Position numbers and translations under genes: made by a program
Shown: one piece after another, positions 20,658 through 30,164 of the stretch
Layout of the letters: every line of letters starts with the position of its first letter
Numbering within the stretch: the first letter of the stretch is position 1
Notes under the pieces: model-generated
Seen by the model: the letters and a program-made list of their open reading frames with translations, nothing else
Database searches by the model: none
Told to the model about the DNA's origin: nothing
DNA from: Candidatus Latescibacterota bacterium
GTDB taxonomy: Bacteria > Latescibacterota > UBA2968 > UBA8231
Length of the DNA stretch: 64,000 nt
Direction: 5' to 3'
Assembly: GCA_965206595.1 (NCBI GenBank)
Contig: OZ242214.1
Coordinates: 6,784,001-6,848,000, forward strand

Positions 20658-20846
20658 TACTGGAAAACCACCTGCCCGCGATGGCAGGGGCCCCGGGACC
20701 GGGCGCTCGAGGTCGCTTCCCCAGAGCGCAGAGGTGCCGGATCGGACGGGGATTCGGCGGCCGGAAGCAAGGGCCGTCCGCCCTCACTCCAGGCCCCATG
20801 CTGGCGACCCGAATGGTCGACCCCCGGAAAATGCTCTGCCACGGGC

Positions 20847-21086
20847 CTAGGCTTTGCTGTTTTCCTCGAGGTACTTTATGGCGTCGCTGACGACGGCCAT
20901 CTTTTCGGCGTCCTCGTCCGGAATATCGATCCCGAACTCTTCCTCGAAGGCCATCACCAGCTCGACAGTGTCGAGAGAGTCCGCGCCGAGGTCGTCGACG
21001 AAGGAAGCTGCCGGGGTTACCTGGTCGGCATTCACTCCCAGTTGTTCGACGATGAGATCGCGAACCCGCTCATCGATTGTTGCCAT
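20847..21086 (-). CDS. acpP: Acyl carrier protein
   Basis: [20 protein letters not shown]; ATG 21086 with GGAGGA RBS. Confidence 0.97.
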   Translation of the reverse strand: MATIDERVRDLIVEQLGVNADQVTPAASFVDDLGADSLDTVELVMAFEEEFGIDIPDEDAEKMAVVSDAIKYLEENSKA

Positions 21087-21235
21087 TACTCTATCCTCCT
21101 GCTCTTGACGTGACCGGCAAACCGCGTCACGCATTCTAGCGAAAAATCAACTATATACATGATACATGGCGGTTAATACAAGGCAAAAACGCAGCTTCGC
21201 CGCGGTGCCGCATCCGGCGTTCGCCGACGGCCTCG

Positions 21236-21997
21236 CTACATGGTCATTCCCCCGTCGACGGTCAGCACGTGACCGGTGATGTAAGCCGCTTCTTCGGAAG
21301 CGAGAAAGGCGACCGAGGCGGCGACATCATCCGCGGAACCGGGGCGCCCGAGCGGTACATGCGACAGCAGCTGCTTGACCGCTTCTTCCCCGAGGTCGGT
21401 GGTCATGCCGGTGTCCGGGACCAGCCCCGGGGCCACGGCGTTGACGGTGATGTTTCGCGGTGCGAGCTCCCGCGCCAGGCTCTTCGTGAATCCGAGCAGG
21501 CCGGCCTTCGAGGCGGCGTAGTTCGGCTGCCCCGCGTTGCCGGCGATGCCGACGACGGAGGAGATGTTGATGATGCGGCCCTCCCGTGCCTTCATCATCG
21601 ACCGCGCCGCGGCCTTGCAGCAGAGGAAAGCCCCCTTGAGGTTGACCTCCAGCACCGCGTCCCAGTCGGCCTCCTGCAACCTCAAGGTGAGGTTGTCCCG
21701 GGCGATGCCGGCGTTGTTGACGAGAATGTTCAAGGCGCCGAATTCGGCGATGGTCGCCGCAACAAGGTCCTTCACCTGGCCGGCGTCGGAGACATCGACG
21801 CCCCGCGACAGGCTGCCGACCCCGGAGTGGGCGATCTCTGCGGCGGTTGCGGCCGCGGCCTCTTCGTTGCGGGCGCACACCGCCACGTTGGCCCCCTCGG
21901 AGGCAAGCCGCAGCGCAATGGCGCGCCCGATACCCCGGGACCCGCCGGTAACCAGTGCCGACCTTCCCCTCAGCCTGCCGTTTCCGTTCTCAGCCAT
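21236..21997 (-). CDS. fabG: 3-oxoacyl-ACP reductase
   Basis: TGGSRGIG, NNAG, YAASK. Confidence 0.97.
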   Translation of the reverse strand: MAENGNGRLRGRSALVTGGSRGIGRAIALRLASEGANVAVCARNEEAAAATAAEIAHSGVGSLSRGVDVSDAGQVKDLVAATIAEFGALNILVNNAGIARDNLTLRLQEADWDAVLEVNLKGAFLCCKAAARSMMKAREGRIINISSVVGIAGNAGQPNYAASKAGLLGFTKSLARELAPRNITVNAVAPGLVPDTGMTTDLGEEAVKQLLSHVPLGRPGSADDVAASVAFLASEEAAYITGHVLTVDGGMTM

Positions 21998-22940
21998 CTC
22001 TCCGTGCCTCGGCGAATTTGCCCGTGAGGTTCTCGATCTCCACCGCGGTGCCGGCGGCGAAAACGGTCATCTTCCTTTCGATGCGTCGCACCAGGCCTCG
22101 GAGAACGCTGCCCGGCCCGACCTCGGCGGCCGCGGCGATGCCCCGGGCGGCGATCGCCTTGACGCACTCCGTCCAGCGCACCGGCGCCAGAATCTGCTCC
22201 AGCAGCTGACGCCGCAAGTCGCCGACGTCTTCCGTCGCCTGCGCAGACGCGTTGGCCACCACAGGCACTGCCGGCCTGCGCATCTCGACCTCCCGCAGGC
22301 GAGCGCTCATCTCGTCGGCAGCCGATTTCATGAGCCTGGAATGGAACCCCCCGCTGACCTCGAGTGGCACCACCCGGCTGGCCCCGGCGGGTCCGGCGGC
22401 TTCGCATACCGCGGCGACGGCGCCCGCCGTCCCCGAGACGACCACCTGTCCGGGGGCGTTGAAGTTCGCCGGAACCGCGTCCCCATCCGGCGCCGCCTCC
22501 GCGCACAGCCGGGCGACCTGACTGTCGTCGAGACCGATGATGGCCGCCATGGTTCCGGGGTGCCGCTCGCCGGCCTCCTGCATCAGGCGGCCGCGTTCCC
22601 TCACCAGTCCGACGGCAGTGGGGAAATCGAAAACCCCGGCCGCGGTCAGGGCGGAGTATTCCCCCAGGCTGTGACCTGCTGCGCAGGCAGGCTCGACCCC
22701 CTGTTGCGCCAGGACCTCCGCGGCGGCTACGCTGTGTACGAAAACTGCCGGCTGAGTGACCGCGGTCTGCTCGAGCTCCTCAGGCGGCCCTTCGAAACAG
22801 ATGCGCCGCAGCGGCAGCGACAGGACCTCTTCCGCCTCTTCGAAACGCGCCCGGGCGATCGGGTACAGTTCGCAGAGGTCGCGACCCATCCCCACGGCCT
22901 GTGAAGCCTGACCCGGAAACAGGAATGCGAGAACGGCCAT
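21990..22940 (-). CDS. fabD: Malonyl-CoA:ACP transacylase
   Basis: FPGQASQ, GHSLGE, VSGGFHS. Confidence 0.97.
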   Translation of the reverse strand: MAVLAFLFPGQASQAVGMGRDLCELYPIARARFEEAEEVLSLPLRRICFEGPPEELEQTAVTQPAVFVHSVAAAEVLAQQGVEPACAAGHSLGEYSALTAAGVFDFPTAVGLVRERGRLMQEAGERHPGTMAAIIGLDDSQVARLCAEAAPDGDAVPANFNAPGQVVVSGTAGAVAAVCEAAGPAGASRVVPLEVSGGFHSRLMKSAADEMSARLREVEMRRPAVPVVANASAQATEDVGDLRRQLLEQILAPVRWTECVKAIAARGIAAAAEVGPGSVLRGLVRRIERKMTVFAAGTAVEIENLTGKFAEARRDG

Positions 22941-22949
22941 CGTGGAAAA

Positions 22950-23981
22950 TCAGAGCGTCCATCGCAGCAGGGCGCTGCCCCAGGTGAGGCCGCCGCCGAC
23001 CGCGGTGAGCTGCACAAGGTCGCCGCGCTTCACTCTGCCCTTCTCAACCGCCTCCGAGAGGGCGATCGGCACGGTTGCCGCGGTCGTGTTGGCGTAGCGC
23101 TCGATGTTGACCATCACCTTCTCCATCGGCATGCCCATGCGCTCCGCAGTGGCCGTTATGATGCGCAGATTCGCCTGGTGGGGTACGAACAGCGCCAGGT
23201 CGTCGACGCCGAACCCGTTGCGCTCGAGCAGATTCAGGGAGACCTCGGCCATCCTCATGACCGCGAACTTGTAGACCGCCTTGCCGTCCTGGTGCACGAA
23301 GTGAAGGCGCCCGTCGACCGATTCCCGGGAAGCCGGGTGCAGGCTGCCGCCGCCAGGCATGTACAGGTCCGCGCACCCCGAGCCGTCGCAGTGCAGCTCG
23401 AAATCGATAAGCCCCTCCTCCTCCGAGGGCTCGAGCAGCACCCCGCCGGCTCCGTCACCGAACAGCACGCAGGTCGAGCGGTCCTGGTCATCGGTAATAG
23501 CGCTCATCTTGTCGGCGCCGATGACCAGCACCTTTTCGTGGGCTCCCGATTCGATGAACTGGGCTCCTGCGACCACGGCGTAGACGAACCCGGCGCAGGC
23601 AGCGGAGAGATCGTAGCCCCAGGCGCTCCGAGCCCCGATGCGGTCCTGAACGAGGCAGGCGGTGGCGGGAAAGACCATGTCCGGGGTGATCGTCGCGACG
23701 ATGATAAGGTCGAGATCCCCGGGGTCGAGATCACGCTTCGCGAGGATGCTCCGCGCCACCTCGGTGGCCATGTGAGAGGTGGGCAGAGCGTCGAGGATGC
23801 GGCGCTCGGCGATTCCGGTGCGCTCGCGAATCCAGCCATCGGAGGTATCTACCGTCTCGGCGATCTCGGAGTTGGTAACGACTCGGTCTGGCAGGTAGCG
23901 TTCGACAGCCGTCACCGCGGCGCAACGCCCGATGCGCCGGGAGCACTTCTCGCCTCGCGTCGGCAGCGGCTGTCCGGGCAA
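22950..23981 (-). CDS. fabH: 3-oxoacyl-ACP synthase III
   Basis: AACAGF, LFGDGAG, PHQANLRI, ANT; start codon uncertain. Confidence 0.95.
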   Translation of the reverse strand: MPGQPLPTRGEKCSRRIGRCAAVTAVERYLPDRVVTNSEIAETVDTSDGWIRERTGIAERRILDALPTSHMATEVARSILAKRDLDPGDLDLIIVATITPDMVFPATACLVQDRIGARSAWGYDLSAACAGFVYAVVAGAQFIESGAHEKVLVIGADKMSAITDDQDRSTCVLFGDGAGGVLLEPSEEEGLIDFELHCDGSGCADLYMPGGGSLHPASRESVDGRLHFVHQDGKAVYKFAVMRMAEVSLNLLERNGFGVDDLALFVPHQANLRIITATAERMGMPMEKVMVNIERYANTTAATVPIALSEAVEKGRVKRGDLVQLTAVGGGLTWGSALLRWTL

Positions 23982-24164
23982 TCAGACCTCTGGCTCGGCG
24001 TACTCGCGTCCCCGGTAGAAGCCGCAACTCCTGCAGATCCGATGGGGCCTCGCCGGCTGCCCGCAGTTCGTGCATAGGGCCAGCGCGGGACGGCGCAGCT
24101 TCCAGTGCGTCCGCCTCTTGTCCCGGCGCGTGCGGGATATCCGTCTCTTGGGTACTGCTGCCAC
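23982..24164 (-). CDS. rpmF: 50S ribosomal protein L32
   Basis: AVPKRRISRTRRDKRR, CxxC...CxxCGFY. Confidence 0.97.
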   Translation of the reverse strand: MAAVPKRRISRTRRDKRRTHWKLRRPALALCTNCGQPARPHRICRSCGFYRGREYAEPEV

Positions 24165-24179
24165 GGGATTCCTCCGTAT

Positions 24180-24758
24180 CTACGTATTTCGCGATTGTTG
24201 CGCCGCCAGCCCTGCCAGGGCCTCCCAGCGCGGATCGGTCCACTCCTGGGAGCAGCCGCACTCACCTGCGTTGAGATCCTGTCCGCAGCTCGAGCAGAGC
24301 CCCTTGCAGTCCTCGCGGCAGTATACTCTCATCGGCAGCTCGAGGGCGACGGCGTCGCGCACCCGGCCGGTGAGGTCGACAACCTTCGCTCCCGGGTCGA
24401 CGATCTCGACATCCTCCTCCTCCGCGGTTGCCTCCAAGAGGTCGGCGGTAGCCTCCCGGCGCTGGATCAGCACCTTCACCTCGGCCTCGAGGGGCTGTCG
24501 CACCGCCGCCAGACAGCGACAGCACTCACCGTTGACCTCGAAAGCGACCGTCCCCTTGACGGTGAATGTCTGCAGGAAACGCTGCACCGCGAGCCGCACC
24601 CAGACCAAGGGCGAAAAGTCCAGGTTCCGGTCCCTGAGGTCGAGCGCCGCTGCAGGCAGCGGAGTTTCGAGCTCGGTCCAGCCTTCCTCGAAGTCGTCGA
24701 GAACGAGGTGGGCGGCATTGGTATCCGTCCGCCTGCGGTCTGTTCCTTTTGAGACCAT
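24180..24758 (-). CDS. yceD: DUF177/YceD family protein
   Basis: ECCRCL, CREDCKGLCSSCG, DPRWEAL; conserved position before rpmF. Confidence 0.9.
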   Translation of the reverse strand: MVSKGTDRRRTDTNAAHLVLDDFEEGWTELETPLPAAALDLRDRNLDFSPLVWVRLAVQRFLQTFTVKGTVAFEVNGECCRCLAAVRQPLEAEVKVLIQRREATADLLEATAEEEDVEIVDPGAKVVDLTGRVRDAVALELPMRVYCREDCKGLCSSCGQDLNAGECGCSQEWTDPRWEALAGLAAQQSRNT

Positions 24759-24766
24759 TGCCCATG

Positions 24767-25171
24767 CTAACCGAAGAAAAAGCCGATCTCTCTGGTTGCG
24801 TTCTCGAGCGAATCCGAGGCGTGCACGGCATTGCATTGCACGTCGGTGCCGAAGTCGCGTCGGATGGTCCCCGGGGCGGCCTTGGCGCTGTCGGTCTCGC
24901 CGATGAATGCGCGCAGGTGGGCGACGGCGTTGTCGCGTTCGAGCACGACCGGGACGATGCTGCCGGAGGTCATGAATTCCACCAGCTCCCCGAAAAAAGG
25001 GCGCTCCTTGTGGATGTCGTAGAATTCAGCGGCTCGTTCACGGGAAAGTCGCGACATTTCGAGAGCGCGGATCGAAAACCCCTCCGCTTCGAGGCGCGCA
25101 AGGATCCGGCCTGTTGCGGCTTTGCCCACGGCGTCCGGCTTTACGATCAACAAGGTCCGCTCGCTGGCCAC
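24767..25171 (-). CDS. ndk: Nucleoside diphosphate kinase
   Basis: ERTLLIVKPD, NAVHASDS. Confidence 0.97.
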   Translation of the reverse strand: MASERTLLIVKPDAVGKAATGRILARLEAEGFSIRALEMSRLSRERAAEFYDIHKERPFFGELVEFMTSGSIVPVVLERDNAVAHLRAFIGETDSAKAAPGTIRRDFGTDVQCNAVHASDSLENATREIGFFFG

Positions 25172-25212
25172 GTTCGTTTCTCTTTCAGGTCGCCGCTTAG
25201 CTGTCCATGCAC

Positions 25213-25247
25213 AAAAAAGCGGCCGGCGATAACCCCCTTCCGGCCGC
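25213..25247 (-). terminator. Hairpin plus U6 tract in the ndk 5' leader (possible attenuator)
   Basis: Minus strand: 8-bp stem GCGGCCGG / CCGGCCGC with a 13-nt loop, then TTTTTT. Confidence 0.5.
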
Positions 25248-25260
25248 GGGCAAGTCGTTC

Positions 25261-25289
25261 AATTTAGGAGCTGTCAGGGCACCTGTCAA
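25261..25289 (-). promoter_or_regulatory. Sigma70-type promoter for the ndk-rpmF-fab operon
   Basis: TTGACA-17 bp-TAAATT on the minus strand. Confidence 0.7.
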
Positions 25290-25295
25290 TCTCCG

Positions 25296-25324
25296 TTGAC
25301 AGGGTGATGGCTGCCCGGTAGATT
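25296..25324 (+). promoter_or_regulatory. Sigma70-type promoter for the HD-domain gene (probably leaderless)
   Basis: TTGACA-17 bp-TAGATT, 7 bp before ATG 25332. Confidence 0.65.
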
Positions 25325-25331
25325 GCGCCCG

Positions 25332-26678
25332 ATGCGACATCCTTGGCTGGAAGAAGAGGGTAAAGCCATCCGCGACCCGGTTTGGGGGTACATCCACACT
25401 CCCGAGCCGCTCCTCGCCCTGATCGACACCGAGGAGTTCCAGCGCCTGCGCAACATCACCCAGCTCGGGTTCGTCCACCTCGTCTACCCTGGAGCGCGCC
25501 ACTCCCGCTTCGAGCACTCCCTCGGGGTCTACCACCTCGCCAAGCAGTTCCTCGCCCGCCTGGTCCGGTCCGAGCCGCCCCTCGAGCTCGCCGATGAGGA
25601 CGTTCGCGTCTTTCTCGCCGCGACGCTGCTTCACGACATCGGGCATTACCCCTTCTCGCACACCCTCGAGGAACTGATGCCGTTCTTCGTCGACCACGAA
25701 AAGCACGCGCGCCGGATCATTGAAAAGGATTCGGGCAGCGTCAGCCGGGTCCTGCAGGAGGAGGTCGGCGTCGATCCGCGCAGGGTGGCGAACGTCATCG
25801 ATTACAAGGCCAAGGACCGCGAGATCCCCGCCCGGGACCTGTTGTTGGCGAACATCCTCAGCGGCACCCTCGATCCGGACAAGATCGACTACCTGCTGCG
25901 CGATTCCCTGTTCTGCGGCGTCCCCTTCGGGGAGAGCGTCAACAGGGACCGGCTGATATCGGCGATCAAGTACGACCCGCGGCGGCGGCGGCTGGCCATC
26001 ACCAGCAAGGGGGTTTCCGCGGTCGAGTCGTTGGTGTTCACGAACTACCAGATGTACCGGAACGTCTACTGGCACCACACCGTTCGCGCTGCCACGGCGA
26101 TGTTCAAGCGCTCCCTGCAGGACGTCCTGGTCCATCCCGAATGCAACATCGCGCACGACGACTTCCACGGCGTTACCGAAGGGGAGCTGATCCGGATGCT
26201 GAGGGCTGAGCAAGAGCGCCTCGGGCTCGAGGGCGCCGCCGTCCTTTTGCAGGGGATCGTGCAGCGCCGGCTCTACAAGGTGGCCAGCTTCATCTTCCCG
26301 GGAGAGCGCAAGCAGCGGCTTCTCCACTACCTCTACGATCTCTACCAGCACCCCGACAAGCGGCGACTGAAGGAAATCGAGCTCAGCCGGCTCTTCGGCG
26401 ACCGCCTGACCCGGCGCATGAACGGCAGCGAAATCCTGATCGACATCCCCCGTTTCGACAAAAGCCCCGAGGTCGATCTCAAGGTCTTTTACGGCGACGA
26501 GACCCCCAGCGGCAAGGCGGACCCGTTGGCTTTCGAAGATCCCGAAGTGTCCCGGCTGCGGGAGTCCCTTCTCGACAACTTCGAAGACCAGGCGAAGATC
26601 TTCCGCATCTTCTGTGTCGAGGAGGCCGACCTGCTAGCCGTCGCCAGGGACCAGGTGAAACGACATCTCAACATATAG
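25332..26678 (+). CDS. HD-domain phosphohydrolase (SAMHD1/dNTP triphosphohydrolase-like)
   Basis: IRDPVWG, FQRLRNITQLG, HSRFEHSLG, LLHDIGH, DKIDYLLRD, VYWH. Confidence 0.9.
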   Translation: MRHPWLEEEGKAIRDPVWGYIHTPEPLLALIDTEEFQRLRNITQLGFVHLVYPGARHSRFEHSLGVYHLAKQFLARLVRSEPPLELADEDVRVFLAATLLHDIGHYPFSHTLEELMPFFVDHEKHARRIIEKDSGSVSRVLQEEVGVDPRRVANVIDYKAKDREIPARDLLLANILSGTLDPDKIDYLLRDSLFCGVPFGESVNRDRLISAIKYDPRRRRLAITSKGVSAVESLVFTNYQMYRNVYWHHTVRAATAMFKRSLQDVLVHPECNIAHDDFHGVTEGELIRMLRAEQERLGLEGAAVLLQGIVQRRLYKVASFIFPGERKQRLLHYLYDLYQHPDKRRLKEIELSRLFGDRLTRRMNGSEILIDIPRFDKSPEVDLKVFYGDETPSGKADPLAFEDPEVSRLRESLLDNFEDQAKIFRIFCVEEADLLAVARDQVKRHLNI

Positions 26679-26823
26679 TGCATGCGCGCGCAGTTCCGTA
26701 TGAATTCGCCGCTTACTTATCCGCGCAGGCACTCGGCGCACTATACCCTTAAATCGCAGTCCCGCAATCCAGACCGCCTTTCCCGGCGGTCCGTTACATT
26801 CGATTGACACAAGCACGCTTTCC

Positions 26824-28023
26824 ATGGGCTATCCGGAAGTCACGCTCCGCCGCAACAGCGAACGCCTGCTGATCAGGGGGCACCCCTGGGTGTACAGCGG
26901 CGCCGTGGCCGCGGCCCCACCTGTCGCCCCGGGCGAAATCGTCGACCTGTGCGACTTCCGATCGCGGTTTGTCGCTCGCGGCTACTACAACCCCCACTCG
27001 ACCATCGCCGTCCGCGTGCTGACCAGGGACCGGGATTGCCCCATCGACCGCGGTTTCCTGACCCGGGCGATCCGCCGGTCGGTCCTGCTGCGCCGCGGCA
27101 ACCCGGAGCTGGCGGCGAGCTCCGACGCCGTCCGTCTCGTCCACGGGGAAAACGACGGCCTGCCGGGCCTCGTCGTCGACCACTACGCCGGCTACCTCGT
27201 GGTCCAGTTCCACACCTGGGGGATGGAGCTGCTGCGCTCCGATATCGTCGAGGTCCTCGCGGAGGTGGTCGATCCCAGGGGGATCTACGAGCGCAGCGAC
27301 GTCGGCACGCGGCGCGCCGATGGCCTGAAGGACCGCCCCTCAGGCCATCTCCGGGGAGAGCAGCCGCCGCCGCTGATCGAGATCCGTGAAGGGGCAGCGC
27401 ACCTGTCGGTCGACGTCCGCCGCGGGCAGAAGACCGGTTTCTTCCTGGATCAGCGCGACAACCGGATGCTTCTCGGACGCTACGCCGCCGGCCGCTCAGC
27501 GCTCGATTGCTTCGGGTACACCGGCGGTTTCGCCGCCCACGCCGCGAAGGGGGGCGCCCGGTCCGTAGTCAGCGTCGACATCGCCAGGGACGCCGCCGCA
27601 CTCGCGGCGCGGAACATCGATGCCAACCGCGGCGATTCCCTGCGCCACTGCCAGGTCGTCGCCGACCTGTTTCCGATGCTGGAGCAGCTGTCAGAACGCG
27701 GACCCCGGTTCGACGTTGTCGTCCTCGACCCTCCCGCTCTCGTGCGCCGCAGCCGCGACGTCAAGACAGCTACCGGCGTCTACATCAAGCTCAACCGCAA
27801 CGCGATCAAGCTGGTCGTCGATGGCGGCTACCTGATGACCTCCTCCTGCTCCACCCGCATATCGCAGGAGGAGTTCTTCCAGGTCGTGCGCCGCGCCGCG
27901 GCCGGGGCGCGAGTGGATGCCAGGGTCCTGGCAAGCAACCTGCACCCCCCCGACCACCCGGTCGACCCCGCCTTTCCGGAGGGGCGCTACCTCAAGACGA
28001 TCTTGCTGAAAGTCTTTCGCTGA
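26824..28023 (+). CDS. rlmI: RlmI-like SAM-dependent rRNA methyltransferase
   Basis: PUA-type GHPWVY, GQKTGFFLDQRDNR, FGYTGGF, LDPP. Confidence 0.85.
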   Translation: MGYPEVTLRRNSERLLIRGHPWVYSGAVAAAPPVAPGEIVDLCDFRSRFVARGYYNPHSTIAVRVLTRDRDCPIDRGFLTRAIRRSVLLRRGNPELAASSDAVRLVHGENDGLPGLVVDHYAGYLVVQFHTWGMELLRSDIVEVLAEVVDPRGIYERSDVGTRRADGLKDRPSGHLRGEQPPPLIEIREGAAHLSVDVRRGQKTGFFLDQRDNRMLLGRYAAGRSALDCFGYTGGFAAHAAKGGARSVVSVDIARDAAALAARNIDANRGDSLRHCQVVADLFPMLEQLSERGPRFDVVVLDPPALVRRSRDVKTATGVYIKLNRNAIKLVVDGGYLMTSSCSTRISQEEFFQVVRRAAAGARVDARVLASNLHPPDHPVDPAFPEGRYLKTILLKVFR

Positions 28024-28310
28024 TAAGGAGAAACGGCCCCTGTCCTTACGGCCGGTACCCTTCCTCGCCGGGGCACGGCAGCCGCCGACAGGCGGAGCAC
28101 CTCCCGCAGCCGGACTGCCCCGGCCATTCGAGTCGATAACATGACGCGAATCCGCTCCGGGGGCGGCGATCCACTGATTTTTACGGGCCGGCGAGGCCCC
28201 GAACAAGACCGGGAACCCCCCATGCGACGGAAACCGCCTGCCTGTGAAGCACGGGTTCGGGGTATCTATATTCCCAGGAGGCCACCGCGAGCAATGGACG
28301 TGGGGAGCGC

Positions 28311-30164
28311 ATGAAATCCTCGTTGCCCCAGGAGCTGCGTCTGAAGCTCGACGCGCTCCCGAACCGCCCCGGCGTCTACCTGATGAAAAACGCCGAGGGG
28401 CGATACCAGTACATCGGAAAGGCGAAAAGCCTGCGCAGCCGCGTGCGCTCCTATTTCCAGGAAAGGGCCGGCCATGGAATGCGCCGGCTCGAGGCCCTGC
28501 TGCGCAAGGTAACCGACGTCGACTACATCGTCACCGAGACCGAGCAGGAGGCGCTCGTTCTCGAGGCCAACCAGATCAAGGCGCACCGGCCTCGCTACAA
28601 CGTCCACCTCAAGGACGACAAGAAATACCCCTTCATCCGCATCACCGACGAGGAGTTCCCCCGCATCTTCGCGACCCGCGACCTCGTCCGGGACGGGTCG
28701 CGCTACCTCGGGCCGTACAGCAACGTGCGCGCCATGCACACCGCCCTCGAGGTGATGCACAAGATCTTCCCGGTGCGGAGCTGCGATTTCCAGCTCCCCT
28801 CGGACAAGGTCAAGCTCTGCCTCGAATACCAGATCCGGCGGTGCGAGGGGCCCTGCGAGGGCTTGACCGGCCGCGACGAGTACCGGCGACACATCGACCA
28901 GGCGGTGCGTTTTCTCAAGGGGAACAACGCCTCGATCGTCAGGGAGCTCGAGGCGCGCATGGAAAAGGCCGCCGCGGAACTGCGCTTCGAGGGAGCCGCC
29001 CGCTGCCGCGACCAGCTGCGGGCACTGCAGATGATGCAGCGGCGCCAGAAGGTGATGTACGACGAAGCCGTCGACCGCGACGTGATCGGTCTGGCGCGCA
29101 CCGACGACTACGCCTGCTGCGCCGTTCTCGAGGTCCGCGAAGGGCGTCTGCTCGGTCAGAAACACCACTTTCTCAGCGGTATCATCGAGCATTCCGACGC
29201 CGGGATCATGTCCGCCTTCGTGCGCCAGTTCTACCTGCAGACCGACTTCATTCCGCGCCAGGTCCACCTCAGTGTCGATGTCGAAGATGCCGGCATGATC
29301 GCCGAATGGCTGTCGGCCAAAGCCGGCGGCAAGGTGCGTCTCGCCGTGAGCCGGCGTGGCATCAAGGCCAGGGCGCAGGAGATGGCGGACGAAAACGCCG
29401 CGCATCTCCTCGAGGAGCGCAGACTGAAGCGGGAGCTGCGCAAGGGCCAGATCCCGCAGTCGGTTTCCGCCCTGCAGCGCGACCTCGGCCTGTCGCGGCC
29501 CCCGCGCCGGATCGAGGGGGTCGACATCTCCAATTTCCAGGGCACCGACAGCGTCGGGTCCGTCGTCTGCATGGTGGACGGCAAGCAGCGGCGCAGCGAA
29601 TACCGCCATTTCAGGGTGAAAGGAGTGGAAGGGCCCGACGATTTCGCCAGCGTTCGCGAGGTCGTGTTGCGCCGCTTCCGCGGCCTCGCGGAAAGGGGGG
29701 AGGAGTTCCCCGACCTGCTGATGATAGACGGCGGCATGGGGCAGCTGACCAGCGCGGTGGAGGCGTTGCGGCAGCTGGGACTCGCCGATCAGCCGGTGGT
29801 CGGCCTCGCCAAGCGACTCGAGGAGGTGTTCCTGCCCGGCGCCGGCGGCAGCCTCCTGCTGCCCAGGACCTCGGCCAGCCTGCGGCTGCTGCAGGTGCTA
29901 AGGGACGAGGCCCACCGCTTCGCCCTGGCGTATCACCGCAAGCTTCGCGGCAAACGCACCCTGACCTCGGCGCTTGATCGAATCCCGGGCATCGGCCCCA
30001 AACGAAGGACCGCGCTGCTGCAGAGGTTCGGCTCGGTGCAGCGGGTCGTCGACGCCGAGGTCGACCAGATCGCCGAGGTCAGGGGGTTCAGCCTCAAGCT
30101 CGCCCAGGATCTCAAGTCAAATCTGCAGAGCACCGGCGCGGAAACGGCGGAGGAGCGGGCATGA
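28311..30164 (+). CDS. uvrC: Excinuclease ABC subunit C
   Basis: GIY-YIG PGVY..YIGKAK, DGGMGQ, RDEAHRFA, HhH. Confidence 0.97.
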   Translation: MKSSLPQELRLKLDALPNRPGVYLMKNAEGRYQYIGKAKSLRSRVRSYFQERAGHGMRRLEALLRKVTDVDYIVTETEQEALVLEANQIKAHRPRYNVHLKDDKKYPFIRITDEEFPRIFATRDLVRDGSRYLGPYSNVRAMHTALEVMHKIFPVRSCDFQLPSDKVKLCLEYQIRRCEGPCEGLTGRDEYRRHIDQAVRFLKGNNASIVRELEARMEKAAAELRFEGAARCRDQLRALQMMQRRQKVMYDEAVDRDVIGLARTDDYACCAVLEVREGRLLGQKHHFLSGIIEHSDAGIMSAFVRQFYLQTDFIPRQVHLSVDVEDAGMIAEWLSAKAGGKVRLAVSRRGIKARAQEMADENAAHLLEERRLKRELRKGQIPQSVSALQRDLGLSRPPRRIEGVDISNFQGTDSVGSVVCMVDGKQRRSEYRHFRVKGVEGPDDFASVREVVLRRFRGLAERGEEFPDLLMIDGGMGQLTSAVEALRQLGLADQPVVGLAKRLEEVFLPGAGGSLLLPRTSASLRLLQVLRDEAHRFALAYHRKLRGKRTLTSALDRIPGIGPKRRTALLQRFGSVQRVVDAEVDQIAEVRGFSLKLAQDLKSNLQSTGAETAEERA

